57,126 bases of DNA from Thermoproteota archaeon (GCA_027492205.1 JAOZFN010000002.1:45834-102959), one strand, 5' to 3'. Shown: positions 10,766 to 20,671, numbered from the stretch's first letter. The notes: generated by a model not told the origin, from the sequence alone. Translations and numbers: made by a program.

Positions 10766-10908
10766 CCCTCAGGAAGTCGGCCCCCTCCAGTCCCAAGCTG
10801 ATCTACCTTCTGAGGCGCCTGGGCGATAAAAAAATCGTGGCGGTTCCGATACCTGGGGAGATCCTGGACTCGTGGGGCCCTCGCCATCCACGTACCAGAA
10901 TTAGGATT

Positions 10909-11369
10909 CTAGTCGATCAATAGGGTCAGACCATATCGCCAAGTGAGGAACAGGACTGGATAGGCGGGGAGGGCCCTGAGGTCCCAGGGCCTCCTTGACG
11001 AGGCGAGGAGGGCGCAGCCTAGGCCCCAGAGCAGGTTCAGGGCCAGGGCTAGGGAGACGTGGGGCAGCTCAACGAGCCGCACCGGCGGGCGAGGCAGGCC
11101 AGGAGGCCGAGCGGGGCCCCGGGCACGAGTGAGGCAGAGTATGTGTAGATGCCGAGGGTGAAGGCCGCCAGGGGCTCTCCCCTGAGGGGCCCGGAGAGGG
11201 AGGCCAGGGTGGCAACCACCAGTGGGACGTACAGCATGATGGAGAGATAGTAAACGGCCTCCAAGAAGGGGTCGCGCAACCTGAACTCGAGGGCCAGGCG
11301 GGCCGCGGTCAATAGAGCGGCGAGCGCCAGCCAGGTGTAGAAGGACCCGGGCTCGTCCCTCCAGGGCAC
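10909..11369 (-). pseudogene. Family D membrane protein, copy 3, frameshift at ~11070
   Basis: VPWRDEPGSFYTWLAL in one frame, LALNLLWGLGCALLAS in another. Confidence 0.8.
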
Positions 11370-11551
11370 GTCGGGAGGGGGGGCCGCCGGGCAATAAGAC
11401 GTCCCCGGGGGCTGGTTCCGCTCCAAACCGATGGAACGGATCGCGCCCCAATGAGTCGCCACAGGCTTGCCTCAACCGCCTGGTCTACCGATCGGAGAGG
11501 AGAGCCCAGGTCATTGAGACTCAGGAGGACGGAGAGCCGAGACGGGGGCCC

Positions 11552-12052
11552 CTAGTCCATCAGGCCGCCGAGGGAGAACCACCACGTGAGGAACAGGATG
11601 GCGTAGCCCACGAGGGCCCAAAGGTCGCCTGGGTCTCTCGACTTGGCCAGGAGGGCGCACCCCAGGCCCCAGATGGAGGAGACGGCAAGCATGACGATGT
11701 TGTAGGGCGGCCTGGCGCGCAGCCAGCTGAACGGGCTCAGGGAGAACGTGAGGAACCCGAGGATGAAGGCCGCCGCAGGCTCGCCCCTCAGGGGCCTCGA
11801 CAGGGAAGCCAGGGCGGCTACGAGGGGAGGGACGAACAGGAGGTTGGACAGCTCGTACGCGAGCCTGAGGGACTCGGGGACCGTGAAGAGGAGCCCGGGA
11901 GGGTGGTACTCCGGGTCGCCCGTCAGGGTCCAGGCGACTCCCATGGCGGTCCTGCACCTGGCGAGGAGGCTCGCCAGGGGAGGGGCGATGGCCATGAAGA
12001 GGAGCAGGGCGAGCCAGGTGTAGAGGAAGGCCGAGGTGTCTCTCCAGCCCAC
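11552..12052 (-). CDS. Family D membrane protein, copy 4
   Basis: GWRDTSAFLYTWLALL, RGEPAAAFILG, WGLGCALLAKS. Confidence 0.82.
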   Translation of the reverse strand: MGWRDTSAFLYTWLALLLFMAIAPPLASLLARCRTAMGVAWTLTGDPEYHPPGLLFTVPESLRLAYELSNLLFVPPLVAALASLSRPLRGEPAAAFILGFLTFSLSPFSWLRARPPYNIVMLAVSSIWGLGCALLAKSRDPGDLWALVGYAILFLTWWFSLGGLMD

Positions 12053-12137
12053 GCGGATCTGAAAGCGGGCCGAAGTAATAAGCTTGACCGAAGTTCCTAA
12101 GTTTTTTCAGAAAAAGTGAGGAAGAAGGCGGCTGAGG

Positions 12138-12545
12138 TTACCCGTCGTGCCTTATGATGTCGGCCCAGCCGTTACCTCCCTCGTCGTAGTTGCCCAGCCA
12201 GACGACCTCCCCCTCAACCACCCAGCTCCAGTAGCCGTAAGTAGGATACTTGAAGGCCTTTGAGACCACTTCTTCAGCCTCCTCAAACAGAATCGCCTCA
12301 TGCCACCACCAAACCCGCTTGTCCACGTGGGCCTGCCCTATGACATCGACCCCGCCGTACCCCCACTTGTGGACCCTCCAGAGCCTCACGTGGTAGCGGT
12401 CGTAGTCGCTCGCGGGGTAGTCCTTATCCCTGCTATCCTGATGTGCCTCCCAGCCGTAGACGGGCTCGCAGACGTAGTTTGTGGCCTCAGGCCACGTGCA
12501 GGTCCTCCCGCAGTGCGAGCCCTCCATGGTGATCTGGCTCAGCCA
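12138..12545 (-). pseudogene. 5'-truncated copy of the family C gene with an intact alternative C-terminus
   Basis: TWPEATNYVCEP...WLGNYDEGGNGWADIIRHDG*. Confidence 0.85.
12178..12498. repeat. 321-bp inverted repeat arm 2
   Basis: Reverse complement of 7268-7588. Confidence 0.9.
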
Positions 12546-12665
12546 GGTGAGGCCTTGGCCGCCCGCGCGTCTCGCGCGGGGGCGAGGGACACCGAGCTTC
12601 ACCTGGTTCGGCGAGCTACCGTGGTTGACTCGAGGACAGGTCTCAGCACAGGCTCGGCCTGGAGA

Positions 12666-13154
12666 TTAATCCCAGACCAACATGAACGTGAAAAGAGCCA
12701 CGGCGACTGCGACGAGGGCTGTCAACACATATCCAGCCTCCCTCCTTCCCTCTCCAAGGAGGCCTGACGCCACGGCGGCGCCGAGGCCCCAGGCCAGGGA
12801 GAGCGCGGCGACAATCCTGAACAGCGGGCTGCCGAGCACCCTGCGCAGGAACTCCGATATCCCCAGAACCGGGAGCAGGGGCAAGCCGGGGCCGAGGTAG
12901 GGGGAGGACAGCGCGGAGAACAGGGCGAGGGAACCGAGGGCGAAGGACAGGAGCGGCCTTCCCCTTAGCCACCCAGAGGATGCGGCCAAGAGGGCCTCGA
13001 GCCAGATCAAGCAGACAATCGGCTGGAGGAGCCTCCCCAGCCCCACGAGGAAGATCGGGCAGTCCCGCCAACCGCAGGCCAGGGCCCAGGCGAGTGGCGG
13101 TAGCAGAATCGTGAGCGCCCAGGCGGCCGGCTGGCGGCGGTTCACCTCACGCAC
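12666..13154 (-). CDS. Family E membrane protein, copy 1
   Basis: AWALTILLPPLAWAL...WLEALLAASSGWLRGRPLL; paralog of 14896-15414. Confidence 0.8.
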   Translation of the reverse strand: MREVNRRQPAAWALTILLPPLAWALACGWRDCPIFLVGLGRLLQPIVCLIWLEALLAASSGWLRGRPLLSFALGSLALFSALSSPYLGPGLPLLPVLGISEFLRRVLGSPLFRIVAALSLAWGLGAAVASGLLGEGRREAGYVLTALVAVAVALFTFMLVWD

Positions 13155-13563
13155 CGCCTCTACTCACCTCAGAAGGCACTAAAGTGTTAGCCAAGAATCT
13201 CCACCCATCCAGCCTGAGTTTGATGCCGATTCCCCCCTAGGTCAGTCTTTGTGATCTCGAGAACGACCTTCTCATGCCAAGCTGGAGGTCCCGAAGAGGC
13301 GAAGAGGGCGCAGCCGAGCCCTCAGAGCGTCGCCAGGGCCAGAGCGAGGGCTCTGGAGGCAACCCTGCCTACCATCCCGGCGAAACTATACCCGGTGGCT
13401 GATAAAGGGGCGCGGGAGGCTACGGGTCCTAAGTGTATATCCGGGTCGTCCGCGGCTACGGACGTAACCGACAGGTTCCGGGCGCAGCCCGCGCGACACG
13501 GGAGAACTACATGTTACCATCTCTCCCAACTATTTATATATTACTTGATAGTCAAAGTATCAA

Positions 13564-14775
13564 GTGCCGACAGATGTCCTGCCCCTCCTCAACCCCTGGT
13601 GGTTGGGTGAGGAGAGCCCCGTGCTCAGGGAGTGGAGGAGGAGGAGGATCAGGTGGAGGCCCGCCTGGCTCGATCGAATAAGCCTGGAGCCCTACTCCCT
13701 CAACATCCTGATCGGACCGAGGCTCGTGGGCAAGACGACCGGCATCCACCTGCTAATAGACGAGCTCCTGAGGCGAGTTAGGCCGGAGGCGATCCTCTAC
13801 CTCAACCTCGACCTGACCCCGGATCCAGACTCGCTGAGGGCCATGCTGGAGGAGTACCACTCCTTCAGGAGGGCCTCCGGCGTGAGGTCCAGCTACCTGT
13901 TCTTGGACGAGGTGACGAGCCTGAGGGGGTGGTGGAGGGTCATTAAGGGGTACGTGGACGCGGGCTTCTTCTCGAGGGACGTGCTGGTGCTGACCGGCTC
14001 CTCGTCGCTTAGGCTGAGGGGGGAGGCCGAGCTGTTCCCGGGCAGGATGGGCTCGGGCAGGGAGGTGGTGGCCTGGCCCCTCTCCTTTAGGGAGTTCCTC
14101 CGGGTCAGGGGCGTGGAGGTCATGACTACGGGGGACCTGGACAGGGACGTGGCCAGGCTCCTCCCCAAGTCTGGGGAGATAAGGGAGCTGTTCCTGGACT
14201 ATCTGGAGGTCGGCGGGTTCCCCCTCTCCGTGAACCGGGACCCCAGGGCGGTGGAGTACACGGTGAGGTCGCTAGAGGGAGAGATCCTCAGGGCCGGCCG
14301 GGACCCCCAGCTCGCCAGGGGGGTCATCTCCTCCATACTGAGGAAGGCCCCCTCCCCCGTGTCCTACGCCTCCATAGGCTCCGACCTCTCCGTGTCCCAC
14401 AGGACCGTCAGGGAGTACGTGGAGGTGCTGAGGGCCCTGATGGTCCTGGGCAGCGCGATGCTGAGGAGGGGCGGCAGGGTGGTGTGGCGGAAGGAGAGGA
14501 AGTTCTTCTTCCTGGATCCCTTCACGGCAGGGGCCATGTCCATATGGACCATGACCGACTTCCTGGAGGGGGCCCTGTACGAGTGGGTGGTCCAGGCCCA
14601 CCTCCTCAGGAGGTTCGGCGAGGTCTTCTACTACCGGAACTCGCACGAGGTCGACGCCCTCGCGGACGGCCTGAGGGTGGAGGTCAAGGCGGGGAAACCC
14701 CACAGGAGGTATCCGAGGGGCGTCAGGATCCTCGACGAGGAGAACATTCACCTGTTCCTGGCGGTCGTGGCGTGA
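13564..14775 (+). CDS. AAA_14 ATPase with DUF4143-type C-terminus
   Basis: GPRLVGKTT Walker A, LFLDEV Walker B, LTGSS, GGFP, EVD...VEVK. Confidence 0.9.
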   Translation: MPTDVLPLLNPWWLGEESPVLREWRRRRIRWRPAWLDRISLEPYSLNILIGPRLVGKTTGIHLLIDELLRRVRPEAILYLNLDLTPDPDSLRAMLEEYHSFRRASGVRSSYLFLDEVTSLRGWWRVIKGYVDAGFFSRDVLVLTGSSSLRLRGEAELFPGRMGSGREVVAWPLSFREFLRVRGVEVMTTGDLDRDVARLLPKSGEIRELFLDYLEVGGFPLSVNRDPRAVEYTVRSLEGEILRAGRDPQLARGVISSILRKAPSPVSYASIGSDLSVSHRTVREYVEVLRALMVLGSAMLRRGGRVVWRKERKFFFLDPFTAGAMSIWTMTDFLEGALYEWVVQAHLLRRFGEVFYYRNSHEVDALADGLRVEVKAGKPHRRYPRGVRILDEENIHLFLAVVA

Positions 14776-14895
14776 CACCTCCCCGCGCCCCCGAGTCGTC
14801 GCGCGGTCGAGGTAGGAAACGGGCGGACTGAGGTCTCAGAGAATTCCCGCCAGCCACACGCGCCCCCGGGGGGAGTCGGCGCGCCCCAGGAGTCT

Positions 14896-15414
14896 TCACA
14901 GTGGGGTGATCAGGAAGATGAACAGGCCGGCGGCCAGGGCCGCCAGGGCAGTGATGACGTATCCCTGCTCCCTCCGCCCCCTCTCCATCCCGATCAGCCC
15001 GGATGCCACCGCGGCGCCGAACCCCCAGGCGACCGAGAGTACGGCCGGAGGGAGGAAGAGGCCGGCGAGGTATTCGAGGGGCCAGCGGCTCCCATATGCA
15101 AGGGCCTTGTGCAAGAACGTGGCCGAGGCTGGGGACATGAGGACGGAGTAGAGCGCCGAGGAGCCCAGCGCAAAGGCCAAGAGGGGCCGCCCCCTGAGCC
15201 AGCCCGAGGACGCTGCGAGGAGGGCCTCGAGCCATAGGAGGCCCAGTATGGGCTGAAAGAATCCGAGGACATCCTCGAAGAAGGTCGTGCAGTCGTGCAG
15301 GCCGCACGTAAGGGCCCAGGCCGCTGGGGGGAGGGCGATCGTCAGGGCCCAGGCCACGGGCAAGCGGCCTGCTGGTTGTCCCCTGTGAGCCATCTCGTCA
15401 CCACTCCAAGGCAT
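14896..15414 (-). CDS. Family E membrane protein, copy 2
   Basis: Paralog of 12666-13154. Confidence 0.8.
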   Translation of the reverse strand: MPWSGDEMAHRGQPAGRLPVAWALTIALPPAAWALTCGLHDCTTFFEDVLGFFQPILGLLWLEALLAASSGWLRGRPLLAFALGSSALYSVLMSPASATFLHKALAYGSRWPLEYLAGLFLPPAVLSVAWGFGAAVASGLIGMERGRREQGYVITALAALAAGLFIFLITPL

Positions 15415-15548
15415 AAAAAAAGCGTGGGGGGCTGGAGGTCAACGCTTGAGGTAATAAGACGGGTCTAGGGCTTCTAAACATCAGAAAAAGGTTAGGCGAG
15501 GGGGGCTCAGGCCGTTCGTCGTACCCTAATGGTGGCTCAGCAGCTCGC

Positions 15549-16754
15549 TCACTCCCCTGGCGGAGCCGTCGAGCCAAGCGCTATTATCTCGCGGGCAACT
15601 TCCAGGAGGTCCTTGATGGGGTAGTAGCCCTGGATCTCGTAGTGCAGCCCTCCGAACCAGAAGGTGACGCCGTTCGGTAGGTAGGCCCCCTCGGGCCAGA
15701 CGTAGACCTTTACCCCGTCGACCTCGACCGAGTACTGGAACCACTCCATGGCCGTGGCGTTGACCGGGAGGGTGTCAATCAGGACGGTCAGGTTTGGCGC
15801 TCGCGGGTCCCACGGGGCGGGGGGCGAGTAGGGGCCGCACTCGTGGTCGCAGTAGAACAGGGTGACCTCCCTCAGAGACTCGCCAGCCAGGGTGTCCTGC
15901 ACCGCCAACCTTAGCTCCAGGCCGTCTAACAGAACCTTCGGCAGGCTGAGGTTGAGGCCGAAGACGTCAGAGACCTCCTGAATCGGTATCACCCGCCCGC
16001 TCACCCTGCGGACCTCGGGCCTCACGTCCTCCGGCCTGCACCCGGACTCGGGTATCATGGACTCCGCCATCCTGACAAGCTCCCCCGTCGGCAGCAGGCC
16101 CCAGATCGTGTAGGTCAGGTTGCCCACCTCGAACGTGACCACGGCCGGCAGGGTCGTCCACCGGCGCGTCCAGTAGTCCACGCCCTCCCCCGGGGAGCCG
16201 ACCTTCATGGGGCACCCCCGAACCAGGGTCACGTTCCCCCTCCTGACGAGCCTCCCCCAGTCCATGCGCACGACCACGTCCGGCCCCGGGAGGAGCCTGG
16301 AGACCTTCCCGTGGACCGAGACGTTCTTGCCCTCGAGGGCGTACTCTAGGGCGATCAGCTCGGGGTCATCCAGCGCTCCCTGCCTCGCGCCCTCCATCCC
16401 GTAGTAGCAGGCGACGCCCAAGAACCTCAGGCCCTCCGGCACATATGTCGGGAGGACCCCTCCGTGCCTCCTCCAGGCCTCCAGTCCCATCTCGGTCGGT
16501 ATGAGGTCCCAGTAGTCCTCGTCGCGGGGACCCCAGATCGGGACTATAGATCCGGGCTCGATCGACGAGTTACCGCTCGGTGGAGTAACCTGAGCGGGCT
16601 GGAGCGGGGGCGCTGTAGACCTGGGCCCGATGGATGGGCTCTCGACCGGCGGAGCCGCATGCTGGTGCTGAAATCGAGGGTAGAGGAACACGAGCAAGAT
16701 TAGGGATGCAACTACGGCCATGAAGACCACAATTTTTCCGCGCATATCCCTCAT
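15549..16754 (-). CDS. Family B membrane-anchored DUF4367-like protein, copy 3
   Basis: ATGA overlap with the upstream family A gene; LPTYVPEGL; YEIQGYYPIKDLLEVAREII. Confidence 0.85.
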   Translation of the reverse strand: MRDMRGKIVVFMAVVASLILLVFLYPRFQHQHAAPPVESPSIGPRSTAPPLQPAQVTPPSGNSSIEPGSIVPIWGPRDEDYWDLIPTEMGLEAWRRHGGVLPTYVPEGLRFLGVACYYGMEGARQGALDDPELIALEYALEGKNVSVHGKVSRLLPGPDVVVRMDWGRLVRRGNVTLVRGCPMKVGSPGEGVDYWTRRWTTLPAVVTFEVGNLTYTIWGLLPTGELVRMAESMIPESGCRPEDVRPEVRRVSGRVIPIQEVSDVFGLNLSLPKVLLDGLELRLAVQDTLAGESLREVTLFYCDHECGPYSPPAPWDPRAPNLTVLIDTLPVNATAMEWFQYSVEVDGVKVYVWPEGAYLPNGVTFWFGGLHYEIQGYYPIKDLLEVAREIIALGSTAPPGE

Positions 16755-17433
16755 CCCCTCACGACGTAAAACTCCCAATTAGCTATTTTGTTGACTTTGT
16801 AGTAGTCAGAGCCGTCTACCGGATAGAAGGCGTCCCACCAGCCTCCGTACTCACCCTCGTAGTACCACAGGTCGTAGAAGTGGCCGCTCATGTCAGGATA
16901 GACCGCATTAGCGCTGGATTCAGAGTAAGAAAGGGCTTTTCCATTATCGTCATCCATGGCAACTCCGCTTGGCAAAGTGTGGACTAGGGAGCCGTCGAGG
17001 TAGAATTCCCATCTTCTCTCGTCTATATCAAAGGCGAGGGCAAATCTGTGAGATGTCGTGGATACCTCCCCTATAACAATGCAATTGTACGCACGACTCT
17101 CGTTTACCTTCACATAGTCTATGTAGGCCGTTGGAGAGTTTAAGTATCCGCATACTGGGTTATACCCCTTCCCCCATCCGAAGCCTATGAATCCAGAGCC
17201 ATCCTTTATGCCAAAGTAGCGCGCCGTGAACTCTCCAGAGGGGACGTAGGGGTTAGAAACTGATATATACCCGTTTACGCCTGTTCTGTGAAGCCGACTG
17301 GTGCAGAGGCTTGTAGCACAGTTTTTCCCACCAACATCAATCGGAGGACCAACAGCCGCAGATATGATAAAAATACCTGTTAAAGTTATAAGTAGTGTTG
17401 AAATAGGATCAATAACATCTTCTTGTAGGACAT
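16751..17433 (-). pseudogene. Family A protein, copy 3, 1-nt frameshift in the signal peptide
   Basis: GGAGGTGA SD + ATG 17433 (MSYKKMLLILF) is out of frame with body STLLITLTGIFII...NCATSLC...TGVNGYISV...GFIGFGWGKG...ALSYSE...EFYVVRG. Confidence 0.8.
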
Positions 17434-17464
17434 TTTTATCACCTCCATAGCATCTCCGCCTTGG

Positions 17465-17540
17465 CTACAATAATCACGAAATGTTCCGCTTTTAAATTCT
17501 GCGCTTTAACACTTTTCTAATACTTTTATGAAACTTTTTT
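17465..17540 (-). promoter_or_regulatory. AT-rich upstream element, copy 3
   Basis: Reverse complement contains AAAAGTTTCATAAAAGTATTAGAAAAGTGTTAAAGCGCAGAATTTAAA. Confidence 0.75.
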
Positions 17541-17789
17541 TGGGAAGAACGATTTAGCCAGCGAGTATGATGAGAAAAGCATTACAAGCAGGGTATTTAG
17601 GATGCCTAGTTGGAAGGAGGGGGATCCTGGGAGGGGCTGCGGAGGGTTCGGGCCTCAGCTGGGGTATCCAGTCAAGGCTAGAACGAGGCCAAGCGTGAAG
17701 AGAAGGGAGAGCCCTGCAGAAAAACTAGTAGCTCCCGGCAGAGAGACCTGCCCCATCGGTGGTCTCGGGGGTAACCTCTCCACTTCCAC

Positions 17790-18107
17790 TTACACCCTGA
17801 TCAGCCTCCCCCTCCTAGCATACAGCTTCAGCATCCTAGGCGGCTGAATGTGGACCTCGAAGGGATCCCCCACGCCCGCGAGCCACAGCTCCTTGAGCAG
17901 CTCTGCGGGCTCGGCGGTGGTAACCACGAGCACATCTATGTCGCTTGACAGCGTGTGGGTCCCCTCGGCGACGGACCCGAACAGGTACATCTCGGCCCCT
18001 GGGTCGATCCTCCTGACTACCTCTTTAATCAGATCGAGATACTTCCGCAGGTTTCTGAATACCTCCCGCCTCCTCCTGGCCTCCTCGATCAGCAGGTCAC
18101 GAGACAA
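17790..18107 (-). CDS. MNT nucleotidyltransferase antitoxin
   Basis: YLFGSVAEG...SDIDVLVV; overlaps the HEPN gene. Confidence 0.9.
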   Translation of the reverse strand: MSRDLLIEEARRRREVFRNLRKYLDLIKEVVRRIDPGAEMYLFGSVAEGTHTLSSDIDVLVVTTAEPAELLKELWLAGVGDPFEVHIQPPRMLKLYARRGRLIRV

Positions 18108-18463
18108 CCCTCATCACCTCCTCGACCACGGCCATCAGCCTCTCGGCGTCCTCCCTCCTGAACTCTCTGGGAACGTACCTGGAGGTTATGTAGGCATCCT
18201 CAAGCGCGCCGAGTTCCAGCATGAACCTCCTCAGGACCCCTCGCGCGGCCTCGGCGGAGTCTGGCGACGCCTCTGCCAGCATCTCCAGCAGCCTCCTAAG
18301 GCTGTGGGTTCTCGGGTAGTCCACCCCGCTCTCAAGGAGCCTCGCCTTGAGGAACATCTGCAGGGACTGCTCCAGGCTGAACACGGCCAGCCCGTAGAAT
18401 CCCCTGTCCAGCTGGAGCCGGGCCGTCTCCAGGAACTCCCTCGACCTCTTCCCTCTTCGACAT
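18097..18463 (-). pseudogene. HEPN toxin with N-terminal frameshift
   Basis: PRTHSL and YITSRY motifs; MSKREEVE start is out of frame with REFLETA. Confidence 0.8.
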
Positions 18464-18630
18464 CCCGAGTCATCTACCCCCGGGGTCCCCTGATCCCACC
18501 TACGATCGGTCGAATTCAGCTTCCACGGACGGCATTCTGGGCCTGAGCGGACCCCCGCGTTTCTTTATGCCCACAATAATTATTTTCGCGCGAATCTGTC
18601 CCGGCCGCGTCGCTGGAGGCGGCCCTCGTC

Positions 18631-18891
18631 ATGAGGTCCGCCGGGCTCGACGACTCAAGCATTGCGAGGGCCCTGGGCGCCACGCAGACAGTCATCTCCA
18701 TGTTCGCCAGGGTGGAGTCCCCGGCGTTAAGCCTCTCCCACGCCGCCCTGGCCGCCGAGCTGAGGGATAGGTACGGCCTGGGATTCTTTGACTCCGTCCA
18801 CGCGGCCGTGGCGCTGGCCGGGAGGCTGGTCTATGTGGGCTCAGGACGAGAGCGTGAGGAGAGCCATCGAATCGCGCGCGAGGCGGGGTAG
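18631..18891 (+). pseudogene. VapC/PIN C-terminal remnant
   Basis: RDRYGLGFFDSVHAAVAL. Confidence 0.6.
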
Positions 18892-18928
18892 ATCAGACCT
18901 GCCCGCGGCCCGCCACCCTCAGCCGTCG

Positions 18929-19072
18929 TCCGGCGAGTGGGTCCCCCCGCCGGAGCCCATACCGGGGGAGCGGCTCTCACTCCGGGAGGCCCTCGACAGG
19001 GCCCAGTTTGAACTGCTCGCGCCCAGCGTGATACCGCCCGACCTTGAGCTGGCGGGCGTCTGGTACTCCTCT
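18929..19072 (+). repeat. 144-bp direct repeat of 19988-20131 (fragment of family B copy 4)
   Basis: Near-identical, encodes SGEWVPPPEPIPGERLSLREALDRAQFELLAPSV...VWYSS. Confidence 0.9.
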
Positions 19073-19175
19073 TCAACCCGTCGTTCGTTGCAAGCTGGTG
19101 GGATGATCTGGGAGTTAGATGCTACCCGCGCACAGAACGCAAACATTTATAACACTATTACAGCCTTTACTCGCA

Positions 19176-19853
19176 ATGGAGTCACTTGCACCACGTAATC
19201 CTTCAATCATCGTCGCTTTTTTGGTCCTGATCACTCTTGTCGCCGCGCTCCCGTTTCTCGTATCGCAGAGTAGTGGCTCTGCTGGCACATACCATGTTTG
19301 GGTGAAGCAATGGGGGAACGTATATGGAGTCAGAGGGTACAGCAAAGTTACCAATGACGATGTCCTTCCGCCGGGCTCCGGAGGAGTTGCTTCGGTATTC
19401 TGCCTGATGATGACAAATTATGGTTGGGTTCAAGTAGGATTTACGAAGGGAGACACCTTGCGGGAAGGTTATTGTTCTACTCCCTGCTTCTACGTTGAAT
19501 CTCGAACAATCTGCGGGGATTATTATGCCATCCTTGGACCAGCTGAGGTAGGCTCTACTCACGAGTATAGAATATTTGCAGTATATCCCTATCACCGGTG
19601 GCATGTGACTCTCGATGGTAGATTGATATTTAGTGAGAGTTGCATACCATCCTACGATGGTTATGCCAAAGTATTTTCCGAGAGCAAGGACTCTCTAAAT
19701 AGAATAAACTACCATCATTACTGGGGCCTGATGTATGCAAAAAACCTGTACTTGACATGGGTGTACTTTGACGATACCTCAAGCGGCGCCGATTATCCAT
19801 ACCATATTCTGAAGATTAGCGACAGAGAGTTTTACGCGTATGGTGGAGGGTGA
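19176..19853 (+). CDS. Family A secreted protein, copy 4 (intact)
   Basis: Signal peptide; YGVRGYSKV, GWVQVGFTKG, AKVFSE, EFYAYGGG. Confidence 0.85.
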   Translation: MESLAPRNPSIIVAFLVLITLVAALPFLVSQSSGSAGTYHVWVKQWGNVYGVRGYSKVTNDDVLPPGSGGVASVFCLMMTNYGWVQVGFTKGDTLREGYCSTPCFYVESRTICGDYYAILGPAEVGSTHEYRIFAVYPYHRWHVTLDGRLIFSESCIPSYDGYAKVFSESKDSLNRINYHHYWGLMYAKNLYLTWVYFDDTSSGADYPYHILKISDREFYAYGGG

Positions 19854-20671
19854 CAGGAGTGAGGCCCCTTACGTTGGCCGTCTGCCTCCTCCTCGCCTTT
19901 GCTGTCGCTGGATTGGGCGTGTTCTCGACATATAAAAGCCATGGGCGGTATGAATCAAACCAATCGGCGGCTCCTCAGCCTCACGTCTCCGGCGAGTGGG
20001 TCCCCCCGCCGGAGCCCATACCGGGGGAGCGGCTCTCACTCCGGGAGGCCCTCGACAGGGCCCAGTTTGAACTGCTCGCGCCCAGCGTGACCCCGCCGGG
20101 CCTTGAGCTGGCGGGCGTCTGGTACTCCTCTGAGGACGGGCGGGTTACGGTACACCTCGTCTACGCCCCTGGTGGGATAGAAGAGGGTGGGATCATCAGT
20201 GTACCCGAGGTGATCCTGTCCGGTGGGATGGTCATAATAGAGATTCATCACCCAGATCTCCCGCCGGAGGCGTCTGAGTCGCTGATGGAGGGATTCAGGA
20301 GGCGAGCTCAGAACCCTCCCAAGGATCCGCTGGAGCTGCTGGCCAAGAGGAATCCGGCAGCTCCTTTGGATCAGGTAGTGAACTTTACCGTGACCAATGA
20401 GCCTGGAGCGACCACCTACAGGTACCGGTTCAGGGATGGGACCTGGGCCGTCTTGACCGTCCCGGACGCCCAGGACCTCCTCCTGGAGGTGGGCGGCAGG
20501 CCTGTTTACGCTCACCTCATGAGGGGGGAGAGCCCTAGCCACCCGCACTTCTGGCACCAGGTCACGTTCTTCTCGGATGACTGGAAGACCCAGTACCTCG
20601 TGCTGGCCAGCCCCAAGATCCCGGCGGGAGTCGTGATGGATGTGGTCAGGTCCATGCTCTCTGGGGGGTAG
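19850..20671 (+). CDS. Family B-like membrane-anchored partner, copy 4
   Basis: GTGA overlap; N-terminal TM; APSVTPPGLEL; ends VMDVVRSML. Confidence 0.8.
   Translation: MTGVRPLTLAVCLLLAFAVAGLGVFSTYKSHGRYESNQSAAPQPHVSGEWVPPPEPIPGERLSLREALDRAQFELLAPSVTPPGLELAGVWYSSEDGRVTVHLVYAPGGIEEGGIISVPEVILSGGMVIIEIHHPDLPPEASESLMEGFRRRAQNPPKDPLELLAKRNPAAPLDQVVNFTVTNEPGATTYRYRFRDGTWAVLTVPDAQDLLLEVGGRPVYAHLMRGESPSHPHFWHQVTFFSDDWKTQYLVLASPKIPAGVVMDVVRSMLSGG

Noticed and set aside
2258-18463. Other frameshifts as further BHB introns
   Set aside because: They are single-base or short deletion lesions with no BHB geometry that I could find
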